53,239 nucleotides of DNA. Source: a virus. Its lineage: Duplodnaviria > Caudoviricetes. This document shows, one piece after another, positions 1 to 7,975 of this stretch; the stretch's first letter is position 1; each line of letters starts with the position of its first letter. The stretch covers positions 1 to 53,239 of IMG/VR virus record IMGVR_UViG_3300005805_000116; one strand, 5' to 3'. The notes beneath the pieces are model-generated. The model was not told where the DNA came from. It saw only the letters and a list, made by a program, of their open reading frames with translations, and ran no database searches. The translations under genes and the position numbers were made by a program.

Positions 1-90
1 GGTGATGCGATGCGTGAGTATCCGCAAATGGTGGGTGGGCCGACTCGAGATGTGTCGTTACTGATGGCTGGCATTCCGGGTCTCGTTGCC
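1..90 (+). other. Non-phage fragment resembling an internal part of a bacterial L-asparaginase II-family gene
   Basis: 53/90 G+C versus about 40% elsewhere; frame 1 reads GDAMREYPQMVGGPTRDVSLLMAGIPGLVA, resembling the AMRxxPxxVxGxxRxxxxLMxxxPGLVAK segment of asparaginase II proteins as I recall it. Confidence 0.45.
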
Positions 91-390
91 AACTTTTCTA
101 AGCTCCCAAGACAGTAGAAAAAACAAACAACAGCCCGCATTAGCGAGATGTGTCAATCGAGTCTCTTTGTCTTTGTCTTGTCCGTGAAACCATCGAGTGA
201 GGTGTCTCTGAAGAGCACCAAACGCACGAGACCAGTCCATGCCTTTTTCCCAATTTCGTGCTTCATACTTAGCAGCACCGAATGTGAGAACTTTTGCTAT
301 CTCATTTACTGCATCATAGGGAACAAGATCCCATCTAATTTTTTGCTGATCGTGCTTGACACCTTCTACCTTCTTAGTTTTCTTTGACAT
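58..390 (-). CDS. dATP/dGTP diphosphohydrolase domain protein (DUF5664-like); last ~10 codons may be chimeric
   Basis: GVKHDQQKIRWDLVP, VLTFGAAKY..RNWEKG, ALQRHL, DKETRLTHLANA motifs typical of this family. Confidence 0.8.
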   Translation of the reverse strand: MSKKTKKVEGVKHDQQKIRWDLVPYDAVNEIAKVLTFGAAKYEARNWEKGMDWSRAFGALQRHLTRWFHGQDKDKETRLTHLANAGCCLFFLLSWELRKVGNETRNASHQ

Positions 391-423
391 GCAATTTACA
401 CCTGAATGATTAAAGAGAGCTAC

Positions 424-452
424 AGTATATAGCTTCAGTGTTTGTGAATCAA
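424..452 (-). promoter_or_regulatory. Sigma70-type promoter
   Basis: TTGATT-N17-TATACT on minus strand upstream of the ORF starting at 390. Confidence 0.7.
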
Positions 453-481
453 CAGAAATAAAACAGTGGAAATAAATTTGC

Positions 482-1246
482 CTAGTCCAGATCTAGGTTT
501 AGCCTGGCGATCAAATAATCTTTCACGAATCCAGATCTGACAATATCATCAATCGTAAACTCAATAAGCTCGAAGCTCTTCATGTATCTTGCAACACGAA
601 CCAGATTTTCAATTCCAGATACCTGATTTTTCTTTCCAGTCATCTGCAAGTCATTCTGTCTGTAGTCACCACACAATATGACACGAGTGTTCTTGCCGAC
701 ACGAGTTAGCACAGAGCTAATTTCATGATCTGTGAGGTTTTGCACCTCATCAACAATGATGATTGAGTCATCAAACGTGATTCCTCGAATGAATGATGTT
801 GACATAAACTCAAGATAGTCTCTCTTCTTAAGAAGATCGTAAACATCTCTTCGTCCACCACACAATTCTGCAAACACTTCTCTATACGGCGCTTCATATA
901 GAGCCATTTTTTCAGCTAGTGTTCCCGGCAAGAATCCTTGGTCTCTTGTAGTGACTGCGCTTCTGACTATGATGATTCTCTTTGCATGTCCCAAAGAAAG
1001 ATCAGTAAGAGCAAAATACGAAGCAAGAAAAGTCTTTCCCGTTCCTGCAACTCCATACAAGAGCAGATGTTTGCCAGATCCGTTCGCATGAAACGCACTA
1101 TCTTGATTATCTGTTAGAGGAACAACTTCTTTGATCTGAAAATTGTGGCTCAAAACCTTTTTCTGTCTACGATACGGATCTTGAATCTCTTCAATAACAG
1201 ACTCTTCATGCTGCTCTTGCTGCTTCTTTCTGGACCTCTTGCCCAT
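482..1246 (-). CDS. phoH: PhoH-family ATPase
   Basis: Walker A GVAGTGKT, GFLPGTLAEK, FIRGITF, DEVQN, GDYRQNDL, DIVRSGFVK. Confidence 0.93.
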   Translation of the reverse strand: MGKRSRKKQQEQHEESVIEEIQDPYRRQKKVLSHNFQIKEVVPLTDNQDSAFHANGSGKHLLLYGVAGTGKTFLASYFALTDLSLGHAKRIIIVRSAVTTRDQGFLPGTLAEKMALYEAPYREVFAELCGGRRDVYDLLKKRDYLEFMSTSFIRGITFDDSIIIVDEVQNLTDHEISSVLTRVGKNTRVILCGDYRQNDLQMTGKKNQVSGIENLVRVARYMKSFELIEFTIDDIVRSGFVKDYLIARLNLDLD

Positions 1247-1507
1247 TTAGTAGTCCTTGATAGTATTTTTTCTTCCTGAAGTTTTCTTTATCTGCTGCAT
1301 ACGATCTCTGAAGTCACCTTTCGGTTTGACTAAGCCATCTATTCGAAAAGGACTCACTAGAGATGGAGCAGACAAAGACAAAAAAATTGAATCCTTCGCA
1401 TCACAATTAGGACAAGGATCTTTCTCTGCATCAAGTCTATTATCTATTCTACAGATTTTTTCGAATGAGTGTTCACATTTTGAACATGTGTAATCATACG
1501 TTGGCAT
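1247..1507 (-). CDS. FmdB-family zinc-ribbon protein
   Basis: MPTYDYTCSKC...CPNC; start moved to the ATG at 1507. Confidence 0.75.
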   Translation of the reverse strand: MPTYDYTCSKCEHSFEKICRIDNRLDAEKDPCPNCDAKDSIFLSLSAPSLVSPFRIDGLVKPKGDFRDRMQQIKKTSGRKNTIKDY

Positions 1508-2069
1508 GTGTGTCCTTATTGCTGATAAACCAAGGAGGTGTAGGTCGTTTAGTCCATCGAGCAAACTTTGACTTGGCGCCAATATAATACTGTTGATATG
1601 CAACAACTGGGTCGCTGTTGCGATACTCAGGTGGCATAGCTTGCGCGGGAAGTGTAAAAGAGGAGTGGGAAATACTTACTGGCGCAGTTTTTAATATGTC
1701 GCGCAGTAGCGTATCGGTCTTGTGTTTTTTGCCGTAGCGAAACGTGTACTCATCGCACAACGCCACGAAAAGTTCATATAACCACATATAGTTATTTATG
1801 CTATCACGAGCCCAAATAGCACAAGGATGGTTAATATGTGTTGCTTGATACATGACAGCATCGTTTGTCATGTTTGACAGAACATAGCGTTTGACAGAAC
1901 GGCTTTTGCCAGTCTTAGTCAATTTTGATTGCTGTGTTACAGTGCCATCGAGAATACGATGTGCGGTACATAGAAGCTGTGCTGTTTCTAGAATCATCTT
2001 GACAACGTGTTTGTCGAGATGGAACTCTGCTGCTTGTTTTGGATTGTGTGATAAGTAGAATATATTCAT
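1494..2069 (-). CDS. Pyrimidine-dimer DNA glycosylase / endonuclease V-like protein
   Basis: MNIFYL..P..AA..HLDKHVVKMILETAQLL, THINHPCAIW, EYTFRYGKKH, QAMP..Y motifs; start at ATG 2069 directly below a promoter. Confidence 0.7.
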   Translation of the reverse strand: MNIFYLSHNPKQAAEFHLDKHVVKMILETAQLLCTAHRILDGTVTQQSKLTKTGKSRSVKRYVLSNMTNDAVMYQATHINHPCAIWARDSINNYMWLYELFVALCDEYTFRYGKKHKTDTLLRDILKTAPVSISHSSFTLPAQAMPPEYRNSDPVVAYQQYYIGAKSKFARWTKRPTPPWFISNKDTHANV

Positions 2070-2076
2070 ACTCTCC

Positions 2077-2105
2077 AATATAGCATAAATACATGTGTGT
2101 GTAAA
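2077..2105 (-). promoter_or_regulatory. Sigma70-type promoter, 7 nt from the start codon
   Basis: TTTACA-N17-TATATT with TG extension. Confidence 0.6.
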
Positions 2106-2124
2106 TCTGTTTTGGGTAGTAACG

Positions 2125-2256
2125 ATGAGTATCAAAAGAGTTAAGTGTCTTGTATGTCGTGTTCTTTTTGCTCTTGGATTGATCAAGGCGTGTAAGGCAC
2201 CGCCACTTCCAACAAACGTGGATTCCAAGAAATCTTCCAAAAAGAAATCAAAGTAG
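2125..2256 (+). CDS. Small basic 43-aa protein (not in ORF track)
   Basis: MSIKRVKCLVCRVLFALGLIKACKAPPLPTNVDSKKSSKKKSK*; fills the gap between two minus-strand genes; preceded by late-promoter-like CATAAATA at 2084-2091. Confidence 0.5.
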   Translation: MSIKRVKCLVCRVLFALGLIKACKAPPLPTNVDSKKSSKKKSK

Positions 2257-2257
2257 A

Positions 2258-2908
2258 CTATCTTGCCGATTCGGGCTTTTGTGTGTTTGCTGAAATTAGG
2301 GCCTTTGCTCTATCAGAAGGCTCGTAGTAAGGCGGCTCGCACTTACTCCATATCTCTTGATCGTGGCCACCACCCGTTGTTTCTGGGTCATGCTCGTGTA
2401 AGAAATAGTGCTGAAGCTCGTGTCTGTATATCTCCGCGGCGTCGATATTTTCTACGACATAAACTGTTCTTGTTTCGGGTTGATATACACCCACAACAGA
2501 ACCCAAGTCAAAACTATCGAAAATTAACACGAAATTGATTCCGTCTTTTGAGAGAACATTCGGAGACTGCGCCTTCAGCACATAGCATCTGGGTATTGTA
2601 AACTCAAGCTCATCTTCTGATACTGGTCTATCAGACCAAACCTTTTCATTTACGCAAGAACGAGCTTTGCGAAACTCTTCTTGTTCATTAAAATACTGAC
2701 CACATGGGGCAAGATCGTTCCAAGATGACTGAGGGAACAGCTCGTGAATTTCAACACGATCAGTTTTTCCTACAGCAGGAACTCCTCGATTAAAATATAT
2801 GACAGGTGATGTGAGAACAGTAAAGACTAAAACTGAAGGAAGAACTAGAAAGAATAGTCTTACTGAGAATGATACGAAACTAAAGAGAGCAGATAGTAGT
2901 GTATTCAT
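2258..2908 (-). CDS. Membrane-anchored protein with HExxH (zincin-like) motif
   Basis: Hydrophobic N-terminus; GVYQPE, YRHELQHY, downstream GGGH; late promoter GATAAATA at 2935-2942. Confidence 0.5.
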   Translation of the reverse strand: MNTLLSALFSFVSFSVRLFFLVLPSVLVFTVLTSPVIYFNRGVPAVGKTDRVEIHELFPQSSWNDLAPCGQYFNEQEEFRKARSCVNEKVWSDRPVSEDELEFTIPRCYVLKAQSPNVLSKDGINFVLIFDSFDLGSVVGVYQPETRTVYVVENIDAAEIYRHELQHYFLHEHDPETTGGGHDQEIWSKCEPPYYEPSDRAKALISANTQKPESAR

Positions 2909-2966
2909 GATGATTCCAAATCTACAGCCTGATCTATTTATCGGCGGCAGATTTAAGAATCCACAA

Positions 2967-3251
2967 CTAATCTTCTGAATCTTCTGGAGATGCGGGCACT
3001 ATGGAGATTTTACTCTTGCGCTTGGGATCTTTGTATATCTGAGGAAACGAATCTTTGAAGCTCCTACATATCAGCTTGTTAATTTCCTCTATCAGAGCCA
3101 AAGCCTGCTTTTCAACCTGATCGTCTGGTTTGTTTGTATCAAATATCAGAATCAGTTCGTGAAGTTTCACCATGCCCCGTATCGGAGCTTGCTGTGCGGT
3201 CGCCTGCTTTTGTGCGGGCAACGGCTTTTGCTGGGTGCTCTTTTTTGCCAT
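2967..3251 (-). CDS. Hypothetical protein
   Basis: 94-aa ORF overlapping the tail of the upstream gene. Confidence 0.5.
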   Translation of the reverse strand: MAKKSTQQKPLPAQKQATAQQAPIRGMVKLHELILIFDTNKPDDQVEKQALALIEEINKLICRSFKDSFPQIYKDPKRKSKISIVPASPEDSED

Positions 3252-3684
3252 GACTTTTACCTTCGGACTTTATGAGTCCTGGAAAAACTTCGTCTATTAC
3301 CTTCTTTGTCAATCCCAAATCAAGAGTTCTATCTTTAGCCTTAATCAGTATGTCAGCTTCCTTACTGTCAAGTGACTCAAGGAGATTTACAAAAAGCGAC
3401 TCTCGCTTTGACTGTTTCAAAGATGGAGCAGCGTCCTTTACAAACACATACCAACCCCTAGAAGATGCCTTCAAAGTTGTGTCTCCCAAACCAACTGGAT
3501 TAGGTGACTTCTTATAAGGCGGCGCTCCTTCGGGCAACGAAAGAACTAGATCTGCATCATAGTTCATTCTCAAAATCCCTCTCAGTGCCTGAGAATCATT
3601 ACTCTTCAAAATCTCAATGCGCTCTGTCTTAGTCTTTGCAGACTTCAGCAGATCACACACCTCAGCTACACTAAGCGACGACAT
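3139..3684 (-). CDS. Conserved T4-like phage hypothetical protein (DUF6433-like)
   Basis: LSLPEGAPPY, KRESLFVNLLESL..KEA pattern commonly found next to rnh in T4-like phages. Confidence 0.65.
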   Translation of the reverse strand: MSSLSVAEVCDLLKSAKTKTERIEILKSNDSQALRGILRMNYDADLVLSLPEGAPPYKKSPNPVGLGDTTLKASSRGWYVFVKDAAPSLKQSKRESLFVNLLESLDSKEADILIKAKDRTLDLGLTKKVIDEVFPGLIKSEGKSHGKKEHPAKAVARTKAGDRTASSDTGHGETSRTDSDI

Positions 3685-3694
3685 AACAACCCCA

Positions 3695-4582
3695 TCAGAA
3701 CTCTGAAATGCTTTCCATTAAGTATTTCAATCGGTTCTCTATAAAATAATTTAGTAAATTCTTGCGCTCACCTCTAGGACCTTTCTGAAAATCCTCAATG
3801 ATTTTCTGTTCCAAGTCTTGTGGCACGAAACTCAAGTCAATCAGAGTTTGGTTGCGCTTGAAGTTTCTGAGCATGTTTTCATCACAAAAAGACTCTGGAT
3901 TGCCATTCTCAATCCACTCTCGCAGTCTCTCTTTGCGTATAGGCTTCTGGCGCTGGCCGTCTGTCACAAACACGGCATCATTAGATAGAAAGTTTGGCAC
4001 TCCGTCGCCAGAATCGCCAATCAATATGTGCTCAAGTAGATACTCATTTGGCTTATCTTCTTTCAAGAACTTCTTCATCATGGGAGAATACTGCATGACA
4101 TTTGAATACTTCTGAAGCTGTAGAAAGTCTTTGTCACCAGAAACTATCAAGATGTCTTGTGCTCTCTGCTCAAGACCTTCTTGTATGAGAAGATTTGTTT
4201 GAGAATACTTACAGAGTGTCGCTATAACATCATCGGCTTCAGCACCTTCTACTTGAACAACAACATAAGGAAACTGCTCTCGTATCTCATCACGAATTTT
4301 GTTGAGTGTGTTGAATATGAGATTCCAATCAAACTTAGATGCATCGCGCATCTTCTTGCGATTAGCCTTGTAGTATGGGAAAAACTTTCTGCGCCAGTAG
4401 TTCTTGCCATCGGTACAAAATACAATCTGACCGTACTTGTCACCAAACTTGCGCTTGTATGAAAGTATAGTAGTCAACACCATATGTCGTATGAGATCTT
4501 CTGACAGATCTGCCATAGGGTTCGAGTTTATCTGGGACATTAGATTGGAAATGAGGGTCTGATTGAAGTCAATAAGTAACAT
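3695..4582 (-). CDS. rnh: T4-type RNase H (5'-3' exonuclease, FEN superfamily)
   Basis: LIDFNQ, YWRRKFFPYYKANR, EADDVIA, SGDKDFLQLQ, GDSGDGVPN. Confidence 0.93.
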   Translation of the reverse strand: MLLIDFNQTLISNLMSQINSNPMADLSEDLIRHMVLTTILSYKRKFGDKYGQIVFCTDGKNYWRRKFFPYYKANRKKMRDASKFDWNLIFNTLNKIRDEIREQFPYVVVQVEGAEADDVIATLCKYSQTNLLIQEGLEQRAQDILIVSGDKDFLQLQKYSNVMQYSPMMKKFLKEDKPNEYLLEHILIGDSGDGVPNFLSNDAVFVTDGQRQKPIRKERLREWIENGNPESFCDENMLRNFKRNQTLIDLSFVPQDLEQKIIEDFQKGPRGERKNLLNYFIENRLKYLMESISEF

Positions 4583-4621
4583 ATAAGAACCATAATAACA
4601 TGGTTACAATTCCAAAGAAAG

Positions 4622-5644
4622 CTATATTTTCGACAACAACAGCTTTTCGAAGAGGTTGTAAATTTCCTCTTTGGAAGGTAGAGATTCTTCGTACTTCTTA
4701 TGTAGAGTTTCTTGGGTTTTTGGATTCTTCGCGCACCACTTGATCTTTTCCACAACATCTTCTGCGCTGTGGCAGCGTTGCCAATCTTCGATTCCAAGTC
4801 TGCCAGTTATGTCGTACTGTTTCCAAACTAGCGGAGTCATGATTTTTGCTGCCATAGCTTCGTGATATCTTGCTGTGAGTGCGGTGTCTGACATCCAATT
4901 AAAGCATAAAGTAGTTCTGCTTCGCATCATGATGGGAAACAATTCTCGCAAAGGAAGCATTCCCGAATCTCTTTGAATGTTGTAGAATCTACCGACATAC
5001 ATGCTAGAAATATCAGACTGCTTTCTCACAACTTTGAGAATGTCATTTCTAACATCACCCGACTTCTCGCCGCCTGGCAGTTTTCTCTTGTCAGTTCCCC
5101 AATAACAAAAGTCATATTCCTTGGGTGTCTCTAGTGTGTCGAAACTTTGAGTTGATCGCAACACACCAGGCTTGCCGATAGCTTCTCTGAGAAAGTAATA
5201 CTTGAGCACATGAATTCCTTTTGGGAAATCATCTTCGTCTAGTATGTCTATGTCACACTTACAATCTGCGAGTGTGTACTTCTTATACAAGTCGGGATTG
5301 TCTGCTCTATCGTTCGACAACAGAATGACCTTCTTGTTGTTGATGTGAGGCTTGATAAGCTCTATTTTCTGATTACACTTTTCTAAATCAAGCCTATGAA
5401 GATAGTTCGGCACCCACGCATGAAACTCATTCTCTGTGGGTATCAATATCACATCAGCATTTTTGATTGCGTCAACGTCTCTGGTGGGTGTCTGATCAAA
5501 ACCAAAGTTGTAGTATGTGTACTTAAACTGAGGATGCTTCTCTCTGAATATACGCAAGCAGTAGTAAAAAGAGTCCATGAGATGATCTAGAGGCTCTTTG
5601 TAGTTCACTCTAGAACGCAATCTTGCAATAGCTATCGTTTTCAT
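4622..5644 (-). CDS. GT-B glycosyltransferase resembling T4 DNA beta-glucosyltransferase
   Basis: YDFCYWGxxKR...RND and ALTARYHEAM..PLVWxxYD parallel the BGT motifs D(V)IYGGxxR and ITLRVWE..D; similar length (340 aa); start ATG overlaps upstream stop (TAATG). Confidence 0.6.
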   Translation of the reverse strand: MKTIAIARLRSRVNYKEPLDHLMDSFYYCLRIFREKHPQFKYTYYNFGFDQTPTRDVDAIKNADVILIPTENEFHAWVPNYLHRLDLEKCNQKIELIKPHINNKKVILLSNDRADNPDLYKKYTLADCKCDIDILDEDDFPKGIHVLKYYFLREAIGKPGVLRSTQSFDTLETPKEYDFCYWGTDKRKLPGGEKSGDVRNDILKVVRKQSDISSMYVGRFYNIQRDSGMLPLRELFPIMMRSRTTLCFNWMSDTALTARYHEAMAAKIMTPLVWKQYDITGRLGIEDWQRCHSAEDVVEKIKWCAKNPKTQETLHKKYEESLPSKEEIYNLFEKLLLSKI

Positions 5645-6459
5645 TATGCACCTACGTTCCAAAACAAAACAGGCTCAACTCTATCATGAGTTTTATAATA
5701 GTCTAGCATAGGTTTCCATGCTTTTGCATCATACTCAGGGGCGCTAGGAAAAGGCGGCAGCTCATCGTTTTTTACAGTCTGATTCCACTTGTATTTTGAT
5801 GGATGAAAAATTGCTCTGCCTATTTCACGAGGGCTCATGTTATGACCACCAGAAGATACAACGTGAACTTCTGCGTGAGGCCAAGCAAGTTGAAGTGCTC
5901 TACTTAAAGTGCCAGAAGAACCTATGCTCCACACATGTCTCGGCACTATTGGCAAATCTCGCGCAACTTTGATGAAACATGCAAACACTGTCGGATGTTC
6001 AAGACCAATAGGCAGTAAAGCTCGCGTCTCTGGATCTTCTGCAACATAATCTCTCGCTCGCTTCTGAGTTACGTTTAGCATTCCGTCTGGTATCCATCGA
6101 TATTCAGCACCCAGAGCAATACCCCTTTTCTGATATACATGAAGATTGTTCATGCTTCTCTGTGCCATGAAAAGCACCGCTTTCTTACCATACTTATTAC
6201 ACAAAAACGGCAAGCTAATTTGTGCATAGCCCGTTGCTGGACATGAGCCATAGACCCACTCTTGTATGTTTTTGTGTTGATGACAGTGACCTATCAAATA
6301 GTCTGCACCGCGAACTTTAGTACCAGCATCAAGTAAATCATCTCGCACAACGTAAATTCCGTTGTGTTGTTCTAATACAGGCGCAGGAAATGGATCAGAC
6401 CATCCTTGAATCAGTCTCAGATACTCATCAGAGTTGTCGATGAGATATTCAAAATTCAT
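5644..6459 (-). CDS. PLP-dependent enzyme, fold type II (ACC deaminase/D-cysteine desulfhydrase-like)
   Basis: VVRDDLLDAGTKVR (PLP lysine), SIGSSGTL phosphate loop, YDAKAW, LFWNV. Confidence 0.8.
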   Translation of the reverse strand: MNFEYLIDNSDEYLRLIQGWSDPFPAPVLEQHNGIYVVRDDLLDAGTKVRGADYLIGHCHQHKNIQEWVYGSCPATGYAQISLPFLCNKYGKKAVLFMAQRSMNNLHVYQKRGIALGAEYRWIPDGMLNVTQKRARDYVAEDPETRALLPIGLEHPTVFACFIKVARDLPIVPRHVWSIGSSGTLSRALQLAWPHAEVHVVSSGGHNMSPREIGRAIFHPSKYKWNQTVKNDELPPFPSAPEYDAKAWKPMLDYYKTHDRVEPVLFWNVGA

Positions 6460-6460
6460 A

Positions 6461-6709
6461 TTAGTGCTTAGTTGGGCCGTACTTTATTCCCTTGTACTCT
6501 TGATATGCCTTCTCAGCAATCTCTTTTCTGAACAAGTCTGGATCATACTCACCCACACCCAAATAGAAACCATCTTCATAACCATGACAGTATACTTCTT
6601 TCTCTAGGTGAACTTGTATCTCTTTTTCGTGAGACAGACGAATTGCATATCCCGAAAAAACACCAATACACAAATTAACAAATGCAACAAGCAGTAGCGC
6701 AGCCAGCAT
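6461..6709 (-). CDS. Small membrane protein
   Basis: N-terminal hydrophobic segment; GGA-type RBS before ATG 6709. Confidence 0.55.
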   Translation of the reverse strand: MLAALLLVAFVNLCIGVFSGYAIRLSHEKEIQVHLEKEVYCHGYEDGFYLGVGEYDPDLFRKEIAEKAYQEYKGIKYGPTKH

Positions 6710-6710
6710 A

Positions 6711-7349
6711 TTAAGTCCTCCAGTCAATACTCTTCCTTCCGTGCTCAGTCAAATACTGGTTGGCTGAAGAAAAATGTTTACAGCCGAAAAATCCCGTATG
6801 TGCAGATAAGGGCGAAGGATGCGAGGATGATAGCACACAATGTTTTGTGACATCAATTAAATTTTCCTTAGACTTTGCATAAGCACCCCATAGCATGAAT
6901 ACAACATTGGATAACTGAGTTGATACATCCACTATGATCTTGTCGGTAAATTTTTCCCATCCCAAATTTACATGTGAGCCAGGCTCGTTTGGAGATACAG
7001 TAAGTATGGAATTGAGAAGTAAAACTCCTTGTTTTGCCCAAGCAGTTAAGTCGCCGTTCTTGTTCTCAATCTGCAAGTCTGATTTCAATTCAACAAAAAT
7101 GTTTCTAAGTGATGGGGGCAATTTCTGTTCTGATGATACAGAGAACGCAAGACCGTTGGCTTGACCCTCACCATGATAAGGATCTTGACCCAATATCACA
7201 ACACGAATGTCTTGAAAATTGACAAGTTCGAGCGCACGAAACATGTCGTTTTTTGGAGGATAGAAAACACCTCTACTCTTAACAGAAGCAGCAAGATCTA
7301 AAAAATAAGGCTTCTGTATCTCTTCCGAAAGAAGTGTTTCCCATGTCAT
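6711..7349 (-). CDS. ung: Uracil-DNA glycosylase, family 1
   Basis: VVILGQDPYH, GLAFSV, PPSLRNIF, QGVLLLN, HPSPLS. Confidence 0.96.
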   Translation of the reverse strand: MTWETLLSEEIQKPYFLDLAASVKSRGVFYPPKNDMFRALELVNFQDIRVVILGQDPYHGEGQANGLAFSVSSEQKLPPSLRNIFVELKSDLQIENKNGDLTAWAKQGVLLLNSILTVSPNEPGSHVNLGWEKFTDKIIVDVSTQLSNVVFMLWGAYAKSKENLIDVTKHCVLSSSHPSPLSAHTGFFGCKHFSSANQYLTEHGRKSIDWRT

Positions 7350-7462
7350 TTCTTTCGGCTCTTAACGCGCTTCATCTTACTAATTGCATGATCGAATCCT
7401 GCATAGAATCCGGCAACAAATGCACTAAACATAAACGCTACAAAAAGTAACAGCTCAAACAT
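7346..7462 (-). CDS. Small 38-aa membrane protein (not in ORF track)
   Basis: MFELLLFVAFMFSAFVAGFYAGFDHAISKMKRVKSRKK*; overlaps both neighbours, ATGA overlap with ung. Confidence 0.65.
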   Translation of the reverse strand: MFELLLFVAFMFSAFVAGFYAGFDHAISKMKRVKSRKK

Positions 7463-7700
7463 CTTTATCCTCCAACTCATTTAAATGCTTTTGGGTCCTG
7501 TGTACAAGCTCTTCTGTGGATAACTTCTCAATATTTTCCCCCTTCAAAGATGCAAGTGTTTCCACCTTTCTCAAAGCAGAGATTATCAGATTGACTCTCT
7601 GAGAGAATAATATTGAAGACTCGACTTTACCAAAAGTTCTGCCGAGAGAAAATGCCGCGAGGGCTAACAACGCGATGAAGGCGAAATGAACATTTACCAT
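7455..7700 (-). CDS. Small membrane protein
   Basis: Hydrophobic N-terminus, tightly packed in operon. Confidence 0.55.
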   Translation of the reverse strand: MVNVHFAFIALLALAAFSLGRTFGKVESSILFSQRVNLIISALRKVETLASLKGENIEKLSTEELVHRTQKHLNELEDKDV

Positions 7701-7975
7701 CTAAGAAACTTCTTCCAAAAGGGTGTGTTTGTCTTTACGTTTGTTCTCATCCAGAATAGTATGTTCTTAGCAGATTCTATCCTGTCTATCTGCTGAATGA
7801 AGTAAATTCTCTCATCTGGAGTCAACGGGTTTTTAAGATTCTCCATGTAAAGAATATCAAACTTGTTGTGCTCAAGTGTGTCTATAAGATAGTCTATCTG
7901 ACTTAGTATCGTGTCTCTGCGATGAATTTGAGAGACATCTACACTCTCTTTTTTACTAAACAGTCTACTCAACAT
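7694..7975 (-). CDS. Hypothetical protein
   Basis: ORF in operon, probable start MLSRLFSKK. Confidence 0.55.
   Translation of the reverse strand: MLSRLFSKKESVDVSQIHRRDTILSQIDYLIDTLEHNKFDILYMENLKNPLTPDERIYFIQQIDRIESAKNILFWMRTNVKTNTPFWKKFLRW

Noticed and set aside
1-92. Prophage attachment site
   Set aside because: No integrase in the window, junction falls inside coding sequence on both sides, and the phage is T4-like; chimera is more parsimonious
5644-6459. ACC deaminase or cysteine-metabolism auxiliary metabolic gene
   Set aside because: Shorter and divergent relative to those enzymes and coupled to a BGT-like gene within DNA metabolism genes; cannot be fully excluded
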